Source: Mobula hypostoma
Lineage: Eukaryota
DNA: 64,000 bases
Direction of reading: 5' to 3'
NCBI RefSeq assembly: GCF_963921235.1
Contig: NC_086097.1
Span: 138,510,001-138,574,000 of the forward strand
Part shown: piece after piece, positions 24,002 through 36,092 of the stretch
Layout of the letters: the number at the start of each line of letters is the position of its first letter
Numbering within the stretch: position 1 is the stretch's first letter
Program-made: the position numbers and the translations under genes
The notes under the pieces: generated by a model
Told to the model about the DNA's origin: nothing
The model's database searches: none
The model's input: only the letters and a program-made list of their open reading frames with translations

Positions 24002-26889
24002 ACAGAACAAACATGGAAATCTGTTCAGCACATTACAGGCCCCTTGGCCCACAATGTTGTGCTGACTATGTAACCTACTGTAAAAACTGCCTGGAATTAC
24101 TCTTATCACATCGCCCTTGTGTACTAAGATTCATGTACCTATCCAAGAGTCTCTTAAAAGACCCTATTGTATCCTTCTCCACCATCACTGGCAGTGCATT
24201 CCATGTACCCACCACTCTCTATGTGAAAACCTACCCCTGACATCCCCTCTACCTACTTCCAAGCACCTTAAAACTATGCCCCTCCATGTTAGCTACTTCA
24301 GCCCTGGGAAAAGGCCTCTGGCTATCCACACGATCAATGCCTCTCATCGTCTTATACACCTCTATCAAGTCACCTCTCATCCTCCGTCAGTCCAAGGAGA
24401 AAAGGCCAAGTTCACTCAACTTCGTCTCATCAGGCACATTCTCCAATCCAGGCAACATTCTTGTAAATCTCCTCTGCACTGTCTCTATAGTATCCACATA
24501 CTTCCTGTAGTGCGGTGACCAGAAATGAACACAGTACTCCAAGTGGGGTCTGACCAAGGTCTTATATGGTTGTAACATTACCTCACAGCTCTTGAACTCA
24601 ATCCCATGGTTGATGAATGCCAACACACCATTCGCCTTCTTAAACACGCAGTCAACCTATGCAGCAGCTTTGTGTGTCCTATGGAATCAGACCCCAAGAT
24701 CTCTCTGGTCCTCCACACTGCTAAGAGTCTTGCCATTAATACTATCTTCTGTCTTCAAATTTGACCTACCAAAATGAACCACTTCACACTTATCTGGGTT
24801 TAACTCCATCTGCCACTTCTCAGTCCAGTTCTGCATCCTATCAATGTCCTGTTGTAATCTCTGACAGCCCTCCAGACAATCCACAACACCCCCAACCTTT
24901 GTGTCATCAGCAAACTGACTAACCCTTACTTCTACTTCTGCATCCAACTCATTTATAAAAATCACAAAGAGGAGGGGTCCCAGAACAGATCACTGCAGAA
25001 CCCCCCAGTCACTGACCTCCATGCAGAATATGAACCATTTACAACCGTCCTTTGCCTTCTGTGGGCAAGCCAATTCTGGATCCACAAAGCAAGGTCTCCT
25101 TGGATCCCATGCCTCCTTACTTTCTGAATGAGCCTTGCATGGGGAACCTTATCGAATGCCTTATTGAAATCCATATACACTACATCCACTGTTTTATCTT
25201 CATCAATGTGTTTTGTTGCATTCTCAAAGAATTCAATCAGGCTCCTAAGGCATGTCTTGCCCTTGACAAAGCCATGCTGACTATCCCAAATCAGATTATG
25301 TCTCTCCAAATGCTCATAAATCCTGCCTCTCAGGATCTTTAACAACTTGCCCACCACTGAAGTAAGACTCGCTGGTCTATAATTTCTTGGATTATCTCTA
25401 CTCCCTTTCTTGAACAAGGGAACAACGTTTGTAACCTCAAATCCTCTGGTACTTCTCCTGTCCTATTGAAGATGCAAAGATCATCGGCAGAGGCTCAGCA
25501 ATCTCTTTCCTTGCTTCCCACAGGAACCATGGGTATGTCTCGATTGGTCCCGACGACTTTTCTAGCAATGCTTTTCGAAAGCTCCAGCACATCTGCTTTC
25601 TTAATGTCTATATGCTCGTGCTTCAGTTCGGTGTAAGTCATCCCCACAATTGCCAGGTTCTTTTCTATGGTGAATACTGAAGCAAAGTATTAATTACCTC
25701 CACTACCTCTTCTGACCATGGTGAATACTGGAGCAAAGTATTAAATACCTCCACTACCTCTTCCAACTCTATGCACGTTTCCACTATCACAGCTAATTGG
25801 TCCTTTTCTCACCTGGCTCATTCTCTTGCTCTTCACATATTTGTAGAATGCCTTGGGGGTTTTCCTTAATCCTGTTTACCAAGGCCTTCTTGTGGCCTCT
25901 TCTAATTCCCCTAACTTCATTCTTAAGCTCCTTTCTGGCAACCTTGTAATGTTCTAGAAATAGTTTCTTGAACCTTTTGTAAGCTTTTCTTAACTACATT
26001 TTCCACATCCTTTGAACACCACGGTTCTTTTACCCTACCATCCTTTCCCTGCCTCAATGTAACATACCTATGCAGAATGCCATGCAATTGTTCCCCAAAC
26101 ATTTGCCACATTTCTGCTGTGCATTTCCCTGAGAACATCTGCTCCCAAGTTCCTGCCTAATAGCATCATATTTCCCCTACCCCGATTAAATATTTTCCCA
26201 ATTTATCTGCTCCTATTCCTCTCCAGCACCATATCACTCCCTCCAAAATGCTCTCTCACTGAGCACCTGACTAGGCTTATTTCCCAATACCAGATGAAGT
26301 ATAGCCTCTCCTGTAGTTGGCTTATCTACATATTGTGTCAGGAAACCTTCCTGGCACACCTAACAAACTCTACCTCATCTAAACTCCTTGCTTTAAGGAG
26401 ATGCCAGTCAAAATTAGGAAAGTTAAAATCACCCATCACAACAACCCTATTATTATTGTACCGTTCCAGAATCTGCCTCCCTATCTGCTCCTCAATGCCT
26501 TTTTTTACTATTGAGGTGTCTATATAAAAAAACAGTAAAGTTATTGCCTCCTTCCTGTTTCTGACTTCCACCCACACTGACTCTGTAGATAATGCCTTCA
26601 TGACTTTCTCCTTTTCTGCAGCCGTGACACTGTCCCTAATCAGCAATGCCATGCCCCCAGCTCTTTTGCCTCCCTCCCTATCCTTTTTGAAACACCTAAA
26701 GTCTAGCACACTCAGCAGCCATACCTGCCACTGAGACATCTAAGTCTCTGTAATGGCCACACTGTCATAGTTCCAGGTATTGATCCAAGCTAAGTTCATC
26801 CACCTTGTTTTCCCAAATTGTCTGCTCTTATCCCTCTCCAGCGCTATGGTAAAGGAGACAGAGCTGTGATCATTACCTCCAAAATGCTC
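24002..26889 (-). mobile_element. CR1 LINE ORF2 (endonuclease to 3' end)
   Basis: VVMGDFNFP, NYRPASLTSVVGK, DFNKAFDKV, FADDTKVGG, LVRPHLEYC; short aaaac duplication at the flanks within the Rex element. Confidence 0.9.
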
Positions 26890-28299
26890 CAAAACTCCCA
26901 CAGCAGGTAAAATGGACAACAGTTGATTGTGAGATGATCCAGGTTGTGTGAGCAGGACTGGGCCAGTACTGCCTGGTTTGTACACACAAGAAACTGATCA
27001 TAAAGCATACTCCACCTCCTCTGCCTTTGCCTTTGGAAAGTCTCAGCAGTCCTATCTTGTGGTGAATTGTAAGGCCAGTGAGCTGTATCGCTGCATATGG
27101 AATGGCGGGGGACCTCCAAGTCTCCGAAAAACAAAAAACACAACAGGTCCTAATGTCCTTTAGGTGCAGCAGTCTTGTTCTGAGAACTTCCTTTTTATTT
27201 ACCAGGGACTGTACATTTGCCAACAGCATAGTCGGTAGTGGGAGCCTGAACCTTCGTCATCTTAATTGAACCTTTAAACCAGTATGGCATCCTCTCTTCC
27301 ATTGCACCAGCAGCCAGAGACTGTCCGAGATTTGATGACTTTGAGTAGCAGTAGATTTTTTTTAATCGCCTTAAAATGATATTACTTGCTGTGTATCCAT
27401 AGCTGTAGCTGTGGATTTCAGCTGTAGCAGTCTAAAATGGGAATATCTGATGATTTCCATTGGCGCTGTTCACACAAGTCGCCTTCTTAATGGCGCCCTG
27501 AAGGTAAATGATGGAATTAATGTGGAAGTGTAGAAGTTAATGATGAAGATTAGCTAGTCTGTTACTTTCTAATGCCTCGTAAATAGTAAATTCCAAGATT
27601 GGTGAAACAACTATCATCTCAACAGTTAAGTTGTAAAGAAATATTTGGATTTGCATCCACTTTTATGTGATTGCTGTGAAAATAGCGAATCCAGTGGGTA
27701 AAAAGAAAATGATTACAAATGAGGTGCACGTATATATTTTCTCCCTCTTGCATTTTACGGACTCCAATTACAAAGCAGTTTACCACCCTCCAGCTCATGC
27801 TATCCTGAATAAGCACAGCCACCTCAACCTGCTCATTGAGATCAATTTATAGGATGTCCTAGTAGACTCATCATTTCTGCTTGATCTTGTTCCAAAGAAT
27901 TTGTTTCTTCCTGACTTGATTCCATCTTTTCACTCCTTGTCCATTCATTTAAATTCACAACTCTGCCACTTTTCAGTTCCCTAGTTTCATCCTGTTCATT
28001 TTCATTATGGATGTTCGTCCCTCCAGACTTTCATAGTACATCAGATTACCTGAGGGGCATTCTCTTTTTGAAGAAAGCCCCAGCTCTAGGAACTGTAGTG
28101 CTTCAGCCCACTGAGTTTGCCAATCTGTCTGTGCTATCGAGAGTGGTAGTACAGTTTGCCCCTCTGATTTGGAGGCCTGTCAATAGTGGTGTTCTGCAGG
28201 GTTCAGTGCTGGGTCCATTGTTTGTTATCTGTATCATTCTCTGGATGGTAATGTGGTAAACTGGATCAGCAAATTTGTGCATGGCACCAAGATTGAATA

Positions 28300-29090
28300 A
28301 TGCACAATATCAGTTACAAGCCTACAGAATTCCCCAGATGTCTTGATTTTACATCCTCCCACTCCACAACTGTTGGGGAGATTCCATTCTTCCATTTCCT
28401 ATGGTTCTATCTTAACTGTTCTGATGGTAGGATTTTGCACATACTGCTTCAAAGTCTTCCTTTTTCCTTAATCCTAGTGTCCTCACTATTATTGACTGAG
28501 CTCTCAATTGCCTGGTTTCCATTTTCTGCTTTTCTTTTCTCACCTGCTCTTCTCCCAGTCTGAGAAAGCACGGGTTTCCTCTTATCCTTGCCTTACAGCC
28601 CATCAAGTTCACTTTCTGCGAACTATAAATTCCACTACTTTCACTGTGGACCCCCCCCCCCGTGTTTTTGAGACATTCTGAAGGGCCGTTCTCTCTGAAA
28701 TTCTATGTTTTTCTCTTAATTGTAGACCATAAGACCGTAAGATATAGGAGAAGAATTAGGCCATTTGGCCCTTCGAGTCTCCCCCTCAGCCCCAATCTCT
28801 TGCCTTCTCCCTGTAACCCTTCATATCCTGACTAATCAATAATCTACCAACCTCTGCCTTAAATATACCCAATGCCTGTGGTAACAACTTCCATTCTAAA
28901 TGGATGTCTCTCTATTCCCCATTCAGTAATTTCAGGTAACCACCCTCCTTTGCAGTTTGTATTAGAGCAGGGCCATTCTAATCCAAGGTCTTCAACCTGT
29001 AATGTCATTTCATTTTCTTTTTTTCTTTAAGGCATTCCTGACACACTGGATATGTCCAGCATTCTCTTTTATTTCAGATTTTCCATGTCT
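28300..29090 (+). mobile_element. Degraded Penelope-like element fragment containing a small CR1 piece (about 28720-28915)
   Basis: YKPT..LDFTSSH..IPFFHFL resembles the PLE RT thumb region; the end ccagcattctc...ttcagattttccatgtctgcag resembles other PLE ends in the window. Confidence 0.5.
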
Positions 29091-29579
29091 GCAGTGAGCA
29101 GTATCTCACAGCTCAAGTGCACCTTTTTCTGTACTCATTCTCTTCCTCTTGTGCCTCAGGCACAAGCTGCAGTTACTGAAACTCCATCATCATCTCTAAG
29201 CTGGCATGTTCACCATTTGCATTACAGTCTCTTGGCCTCCCCCCGTTACAAGTATTTCCTTTGAGCTTTCTAACTTTTCATGTGTCTACAAATGAGAATG
29301 CTTGTATTCTACCTTTTCCAGCCAAATGACCTTTCATGAGAGCTATAAACTATTTTCTTCCTCCATAGATACTACCTGATTTTTTCTGTTTTTATTAACA
29401 ACTTCCACTCCTTGCTTTTTGATCTAGGTCTTGGATCTTGGCATCTGAATTTACAAAACTAAACCTTGAATGTTTTTCTTTTTTCTTAGCCAGGTTGCAC
29501 ACTTGAATCAATTACGAACTGTTCAATGTTGTCACTACTCCCGTGTTCCTCTCTATGGTGTTTTCTAAGTTGCTCCTTT

Positions 29580-29888
29580 AGAGTTATACCATGGAAGCAG
29601 GTTATTCTGCTCACTGGGTCCATGCTAGCAATCAACCATTCATAGACACTAATCCTACTTCATTTTTATTCTCTCTACATTCTCATCTCTTCCCAGAATC
29701 TATACTCAACTGCACACTAGGGCCAACTAACTTAATCAAATCGCATGTTTTTGCGATGTCGGAGGAAACTCACATGCTCATAGGGAGAATGTACAAACTC
29801 CATGCAAACAAGAACTCAGATCGGGATTGAGCCTGGGTTTCCAGCACTGCAAGACAGCAGCTTTATTAATTGTACCACTGTGCTGCTG
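29580..29888 (-). mobile_element. V-SINE (HE1-like) tRNA-derived SINE
   Basis: ggaggaaactcacatgctcatagggagaatgtacaaactcc is the reverse of a V-SINE core; a tRNA-like head with a B-box-like sequence (ccaggctcaatccc on the minus strand) follows. Confidence 0.7.
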
Positions 29889-32800
29889 TCAGGCATTATC
29901 AGTTTTTAAAAAGCACAAAACTTTTACAGGATAACAAATGAAGAAACAATTTGTTTAAAATTATCGGTGTCTGAAGCTGCCAAGTTTCTGTCATTATTAA
30001 AGTTGGTAGAAAAACTGTTATGTTTTGTAACTTGAACTAATTGTAAGAAAAATGAGAACTTGTCTACTTAGTTTTTCTTTAGTGCAGCACTCACATATGA
30101 CATGGTGGTGTAATGATATATACCATTCACATACTACTTACATTTAACCCGTAATAAATTATGTGAACAAATAAAAAAATTAAACAATACGTTTACAACA
30201 TTACTCAAATATTACTAAACTATATAGGCACACATACATATGTGCGTGCACATACGGTATACTATATAATACAATGACTAAATAAACATCCACCACATAG
30301 TAAATTTTGAATTGTCATATTCACGCCTAAAGATTTAATCTCTGTGGAGGATTTCTTACTCTTGTGGGATAATGTCTTTCCTGACAAGGTGGGTTACTGC
30401 TTGGCAGGTGAGACTAGTGGCTATGAAACAATCTTAGGTTCTGGGGCCTCCTTGGAAGTGGTTGTAGGAATTGGCTCTGGGACTGCAGGAAGTTAGCTCT
30501 GACTAACCTTCTTCTAACAATTGATTCTGCTGTCTTTATCTGATTGCACCTGATGCCATCTGGATATGATGTATCAATCTCCACTGTGTAAGAGAGTGGT
30601 CCAGTTCTGTCCTTAATCTTTCCAAGTACCCACTTTTGATTGCCTGTAGTCCCTCACCAGGTCTACTTGTCCAGGAGTGAAACATCGAACCTCCTTGTTT
30701 GAGGAGCCCTCAATTTGACTCCGCTGTTTGTCCTGTATACTCCTGAGACTGGGTTTGAGGAAATTGAAGTGTGAGCACAAAGGATGACCCAGGAACAGCA
30801 TAGCAGGTGAATTGTTGGTTGTGAAGTATGCTGCATTGCAATATGTAAGGAGTAAATTGGCAAGCTGATTCAGTGTCAGTGTAGTGTGTTCTGTTGACAT
30901 TACTCATGTTCTCTAGACTCGGACAAACCTTTCCATTAAGCTATTTGTAGTTGGGTGGTACAGTGCAGATGTAATGTCTTGTTCCATTCATTTTCAGGAA
31001 TGAATGAAACTCTTCCACAACAAACTGTGATCCATTCTCACTGAATAAGTGTTCTCGAATACCATTCCTTGAGAAGAGACTCCTCAACACATCAACAGTG
31101 TGTGAGGCTGTAGTGGAAACTATTTGGAATACTTCTGGCCACTTTGCAGCTGGATCCACTACTGCCAAGACATTTGTGCCCATGGATAGTCTGGCAAAAT
31201 GCACATGAAGCTAATGCCAGGACAATGCAGGCCTTTCCCAGGGATGGAGAGAGGTGGTGTTCTTGGCATCTTCTGGACATGTTGACATCCCAAATAGTGC
31301 ATGGCAAGCTGCTCGATCTGCTGACCTATCTCAGGCCACCAGACAAATCTTCAAGCCAACACTTTAATTTGGGCCATGCTTAGAGGACTGGCATGTAGCT
31401 CCTGCAGTTAGCCCTCAGCTTGGATGGTACAACAATTTGCAATCCTCACATAAGGCAACCCCTGTCAAGGCCAAGTTCATCCCGGCACTGGTAAAGTAGG
31501 GGAACTGGAATTCCTGCTGCATATTCCAGCCACTTTGGGTTGCCATGTAGACCTGAGACAGTGTTGGGGTCTTTTCTGGTTTTCCTTTGGATCATCTCTG
31601 CGTAATAGGGAGACTTTTGTTTTGCATTAGGGAAAATAAGTCAGGAGGAGTGCCCTCTTTTGTCAACTTTCCAGGTATCTCCTTTTCTAAGGACGAACTG
31701 GATAATCCACCAGCATTTCCATGATTAGTGTAGTTCTTGAATTTGATCTTGTAATTGTGTCCTCCAAGAAAAAGGCCCAGCTCTGCATAAGTGCTGCTGC
31801 TGCTAGTGGAACACTCTTCTGTGGGTTGAAAACTGACAGCAGTGGTTGATGATCAGTAATGAAGTAAACTGCCTCCCATACAAGTACTAGTTGAAATGGT
31901 TTACACCAAACCAGACTCAAGGCCTCTCTGTCAATCTGTTTGTAATTTTTCTTTACAACTGTAGGGGAACACGATGCAAAGGCTTTGGGGTGTTCACTTC
32001 CATCACTCATAACAGGTGGTATGACTGTACCAACACCATAAGGTGAGATATCACAGGCGAACTTCATTGGATGATGTGTTAGAACAGTGTTGGACCTCAT
32101 CGTTTCCTTTACCTTTTGGAAAGCCACCTCACAGTGCTTTGTCCATTGCCATTTCTTCCCAATCTGTAATGATGAGTTCAAGGGGTGGAGCACAGTAGCC
32201 AGGTTTGGCAGGAACCTATTATTGTAATTGACAAATCCTAAAAAGGACCGCAGCTATGAGACTTCCTTTGGGCGTGGGGCATCCACCACTGCTTGAATTT
32301 ACTTAGCATACTTGTGTAATCCTTGTGCATCAATCGTGTGACCACAGTAAGTGATACTGGTCAAACTTAAAAGCGAAGTATGCATTTAAACCCAATGCAC
32401 TCAGCAAAGCTGGAATTTGTTTCTCATTTGCTTCAAAATACTACTCAGATGCATTCAAATGTACGAAAGATAACTGGTTGATGCATGTATCTTTCCCACG
32501 TAGCCAGCCATTTCTGCTTTTTTTTAACTTGAACCTCTCCCCTTCTGAAGAGAAGCATGCTGCATTTTTTTTTTAAAACACTCTCCCCTTCTTAAAAGTA
32601 AAGTGTGTTGGGCTTCCTAAGGCAAATAGTTGTCTTAGGTTCATTTTCAAACTTCCTCTCCACCACTATGATGCTTTGTAACTCCTAGAAACGAATTGAA
32701 AGAAAAACAGAGGAGCCGGGAGAAATTGGCTACCTAGTTCTTTTTAGTGAGGCACTCACATATGACACGGTGACGTAATGATGTATGTCTTTCACGTACC

Positions 32801-34391
32801 TCTTACTTATAACCCAAGGCTACAGGAGAGAGATAAATGGGTGACTGTCAGGAGAGGGAAGGGAGAACACCAGATAGTGGAGAGCATTCCAGTGGCCGAC
32901 CCCTCAAAATAACTATTCCATTTTGAGTACTGTTACATGGTGTGGGGAGGGGGGGATGGCCTACCTGGGGGAAACAACAGCAGCAGTGCTTCTAGCACTG
33001 AATCTGGCCTTGTGGCTCGGAAGGGTAGGGAACAGAAGAGGATGGCAGCAGCAATAGGGGACTCTATAGTTAGGAAGACAGATAGGCGATTCTGTAGATG
33101 TGAAAAAGAAACACAGATGGTAGTTTGCCTCCCAGGTGTCAGGATCCGCGATCTTTCTGAATGCGTCCACAATATCCTGAAAAGGGAGGGTGAGCAGCCA
33201 GAAGTCATGGTATAAATTGGAACCAAAAACATTGGTTGAGGAAGGGAGGGGATCCTGAAAACAATATAAGGAGTTAGGAAGAAAGCTGAGAAGCGGGACC
33301 TCAAGGGTAGTAGTCTCAGGATTGCTGCCTGTACCATGTGACAGTGAGGATAGGAATAGAATGAAGTGACAGATAAATGCGTGGCTGAAGAATTGGGCCG
33401 TGGCAGGGATTCAGATTTCTGGATAATTGGGACCTGTAGAAAAGGGATGGGTTGCACTTGAATCCAAGGGGACCAATATTCTTGCGGGCAGGTTTACTGG
33501 AGCTGTTGGGAGTGGTTTAAATGAATGTGGCAGGGGGATGGGAGCCTGTATGATAGAGCTGTGGATGAGACAGCAGGTCTACAAGTAGACGATGGATGTA
33601 ACATGAATGCAAGTAAGGTCAAGCCAATGATTGGGTACAAATGCAGACAGACTGAAGAGTTAAGTTGTACCACAGAGGCAAAATTCAAAAAGGCGAAGAA
33701 GGCAGGACTGAAGGTGCTGTATTTAAATGCATGTAGCATTCAGAATATGATGGACAAACTCGTGGCACAACTATAGATTGGTCAGTATGACATTGTGGGT
33801 ATCACTGAGTCATGGGAGCTATGGCCAACATCAAAGGATATACTTTATATCGAAAGGACAGACAAGAAGGCATAGGCAGTGGTGTGGCTCTGTTGGTAAG
33901 AGATGTGATTACATCTCTAGAAAGAGGTGATGGGTCAGGGAATGTTGAATCTTTGTGGGTGGAGTTAAGAAACTGCAAGGGTAAAAAAACCATTATGGGA
34001 TTCATATATAGGCCTCCAAATAGTAGCCAAAATGTGGGGTTGAGATTGCAAAGGGAGCTGGAAAAGGCATGTAATAAAGGTAATGTTTCAATGTAATGGG
34101 GAACTTCGTTATGCTAAGGGATTGGGGAAATCATGTTGGTGTCAGATTGCAAGAAAGGGAATTTGTTGAATGCCTGTTAGATGGCTTTTTAGAGCAGCTT
34201 GTGCTACAGCATACTGGGGGGAAGTCTATCTTAGATTGGGTGTTGTGTAAAAACCTAGATCTTATTAGAGAGCTTAATGTAAGGGAACTCTTAGGAGACA
34301 GTGATCAGAATATGATTGAATTCATTCTGCAGTTCGAGAGAGAGAAGCCTAAGTCACATGTATCAATATCACAATGGAATAAAGAGAATTA

Positions 34392-35007
34392 GATTATGAT
34401 GACACATAGTCCCCTTTTATTGTCATTTAGTAATGCATGCATTAAGAAATGATACATTATTTCCTCCGGTGTGATATCACAAAACTCAGGACAAACCAAG
34501 ACTGAAAAAACTGACAAAACCACAATTATACATATAGTTACAACAGTGCACAATACCATAACTTGATGAAGAAAGTCCGTGAGCACAGTAAAGTTCAAAG
34601 TTTCTCAAATGTCCCACTTCACAAGCAGACGGGAGAAGGAAGAAAAACTCTCCCTGCCATGCCGACCACAATCCGACTCTGAGTCATCCGAAAACTTCGA
34701 GCTCTGATCAGCTCTCCGACACTGAGTACTGAGCGCCATCACTGTCCGAGCGATTCGACCTCTTTCTCAGTCGCCAAAAGCAGGCAAGGCCGGGGATTTT
34801 GAGGCCTACCCTCGGAAAGATTCCCGACCACACAGTAACGACAGCAGTAGATGGGTGTTTCAGAAATTTCTCCAGATGTTCCTCTGTGATTTCACATCCA
34901 TTCTCCATCAAATCAGAATTGTCCATGGCCCCTATTTAACAGATACGACATCACTTTTCACTGGAGAGCTGCGCACGCGTGGTGCACTGCCATCTTCTCC
35001 TCCTGCT
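34392..35007 (-). mobile_element. Non-coding ~615-bp retroposon (full copy)
   Basis: GAATTA duplicated at both flanks; minus-strand start aggagaagatggcag and 3' end aataaaagggg...cataatcta; highly similar copy at 52199-52731. Confidence 0.75.
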
Positions 35008-35105
35008 GAATTACACTGGCATGAGAGAGGAGCCTGTCCAGGTGGATTGGAGGAGGATACTGGCAGGGATGATGGCAGAGCAGAAGTGGCAGAAATTTCT
35101 AGGAA

Positions 35106-35334
35106 CACACATCAAAGTTGCTGGTGAACGCAGCAGACCAAGCAGCATCTCTAGGAAGAAGTACAGTTGATGTTTCGGGCCGAGACCCTTCGTTCTTCCT
35201 GACGAAGGGTCTCGGCCCGAAACGTCAACTGTACCTCTTCCTAGAGATGCTGTCTGGCCTGCTGTGTTCACCAGCAACTTTGATGTGCGTTGCTTGAATT
35301 TCCAGCATCTGCAGAATTCCTCGTGTTTACGTGT
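35106..35334. mobile_element. Penelope-like terminal fragment arranged as a fold-back inverted repeat
   Basis: Arms 35104-35193 and 35202-35291; flanking duplication agaaatttctaggaa / agaagtttctgggaa; contains ctgacgaagggtctcggcccgaaacgtc. Confidence 0.8.
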
Positions 35335-35504
35335 AGAAGTTTCTGGGAATAGTTCACAAGGCACAGAATAGATCTGTCCCACAGAAGTTATTCTCAAATG
35401 GCAGGGGTAGGCAATCATGTCTGACTAGAGATGTTAAGGACTGTATAAAAACTAAGGAAAGGGCATATAAGGTAGCAAAAGTGAGTGGAAAGTTGGATGA
35501 TTGG

Positions 35505-36092
35505 GTAGAGTTATAGAAAACTACAGCACGTGCAGGCCCTTCGGCCCACAATGTTGTGCTGACCATGTAACCTACTCTAGAAACTGCCTAGAATTACCCT
35601 ACTGCATAGCCCTCTATTTTCCTAAGCTCAATGTACCAATCTAAGAATCTCTTAAGAGACCCTTTTGTATCTGCCTCTACCACTGTTGCTGGTAGTACAT
35701 TCCACACGCAACTTTCCTCTGACATGTACCTACTCCCAAGCACCTTAAAACTGTGCCCCCTCATGTTAGCTACTTCAGCCCTGGGAAAAAGCCTCTGACT
35801 ATTCAAATGATCAATACCTCTGATCATCTTGTGCACCTCTATCAGGTCACCTCTCATCCTCCGTTGTTGCTCCAGGGAGAAAAGGCCAAGTTCACTCAAC
35901 CTGTTCTCATAAGGCATGCTCTCCAATCCAGGCAAAATCCTCATAAGTCTCTTCTGCACTGTCTATAGTATCCACATTCTTCCTGTAGTGAGGTGACCAG
36001 AACTGAACACAATACTCTGAGTGGGGTCTGTCTAAGGTCTCGTGTAGCTTTAACATTACCTCACGGCTGTTGAACCCAATCCCACTGTTGAT
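35505..36092 (-). mobile_element. CR1 3' fragment nested in the + strand CR1
   Basis: PYENRLSELGLFSLE..RGDLIEV..RGHSFK on the minus strand. Confidence 0.88.

Larger units (their letters stand above)
17757..27503 (-). mobile_element. Formerly full-length Rex/Babar LINE broken into pieces: about 17757-17870, 19580-20650, 22630-22990, 23772-24001, 26890-27503
   Basis: Endonuclease LLANVQSLVNK..CFSETW; PFYLLWEF|FSAILLVAA split by a CR1; KSDHL; RT GPNGIPGR, DYHPVAFTS, IFKFDDDTT; 3' tail tctgatt. Confidence 0.8.

Noticed and set aside
25667..25762. Two ~46-bp direct repeats (array-like)
   Set aside because: A simple local tandem duplication inside a dead CR1; only two units, not CRISPR-like.
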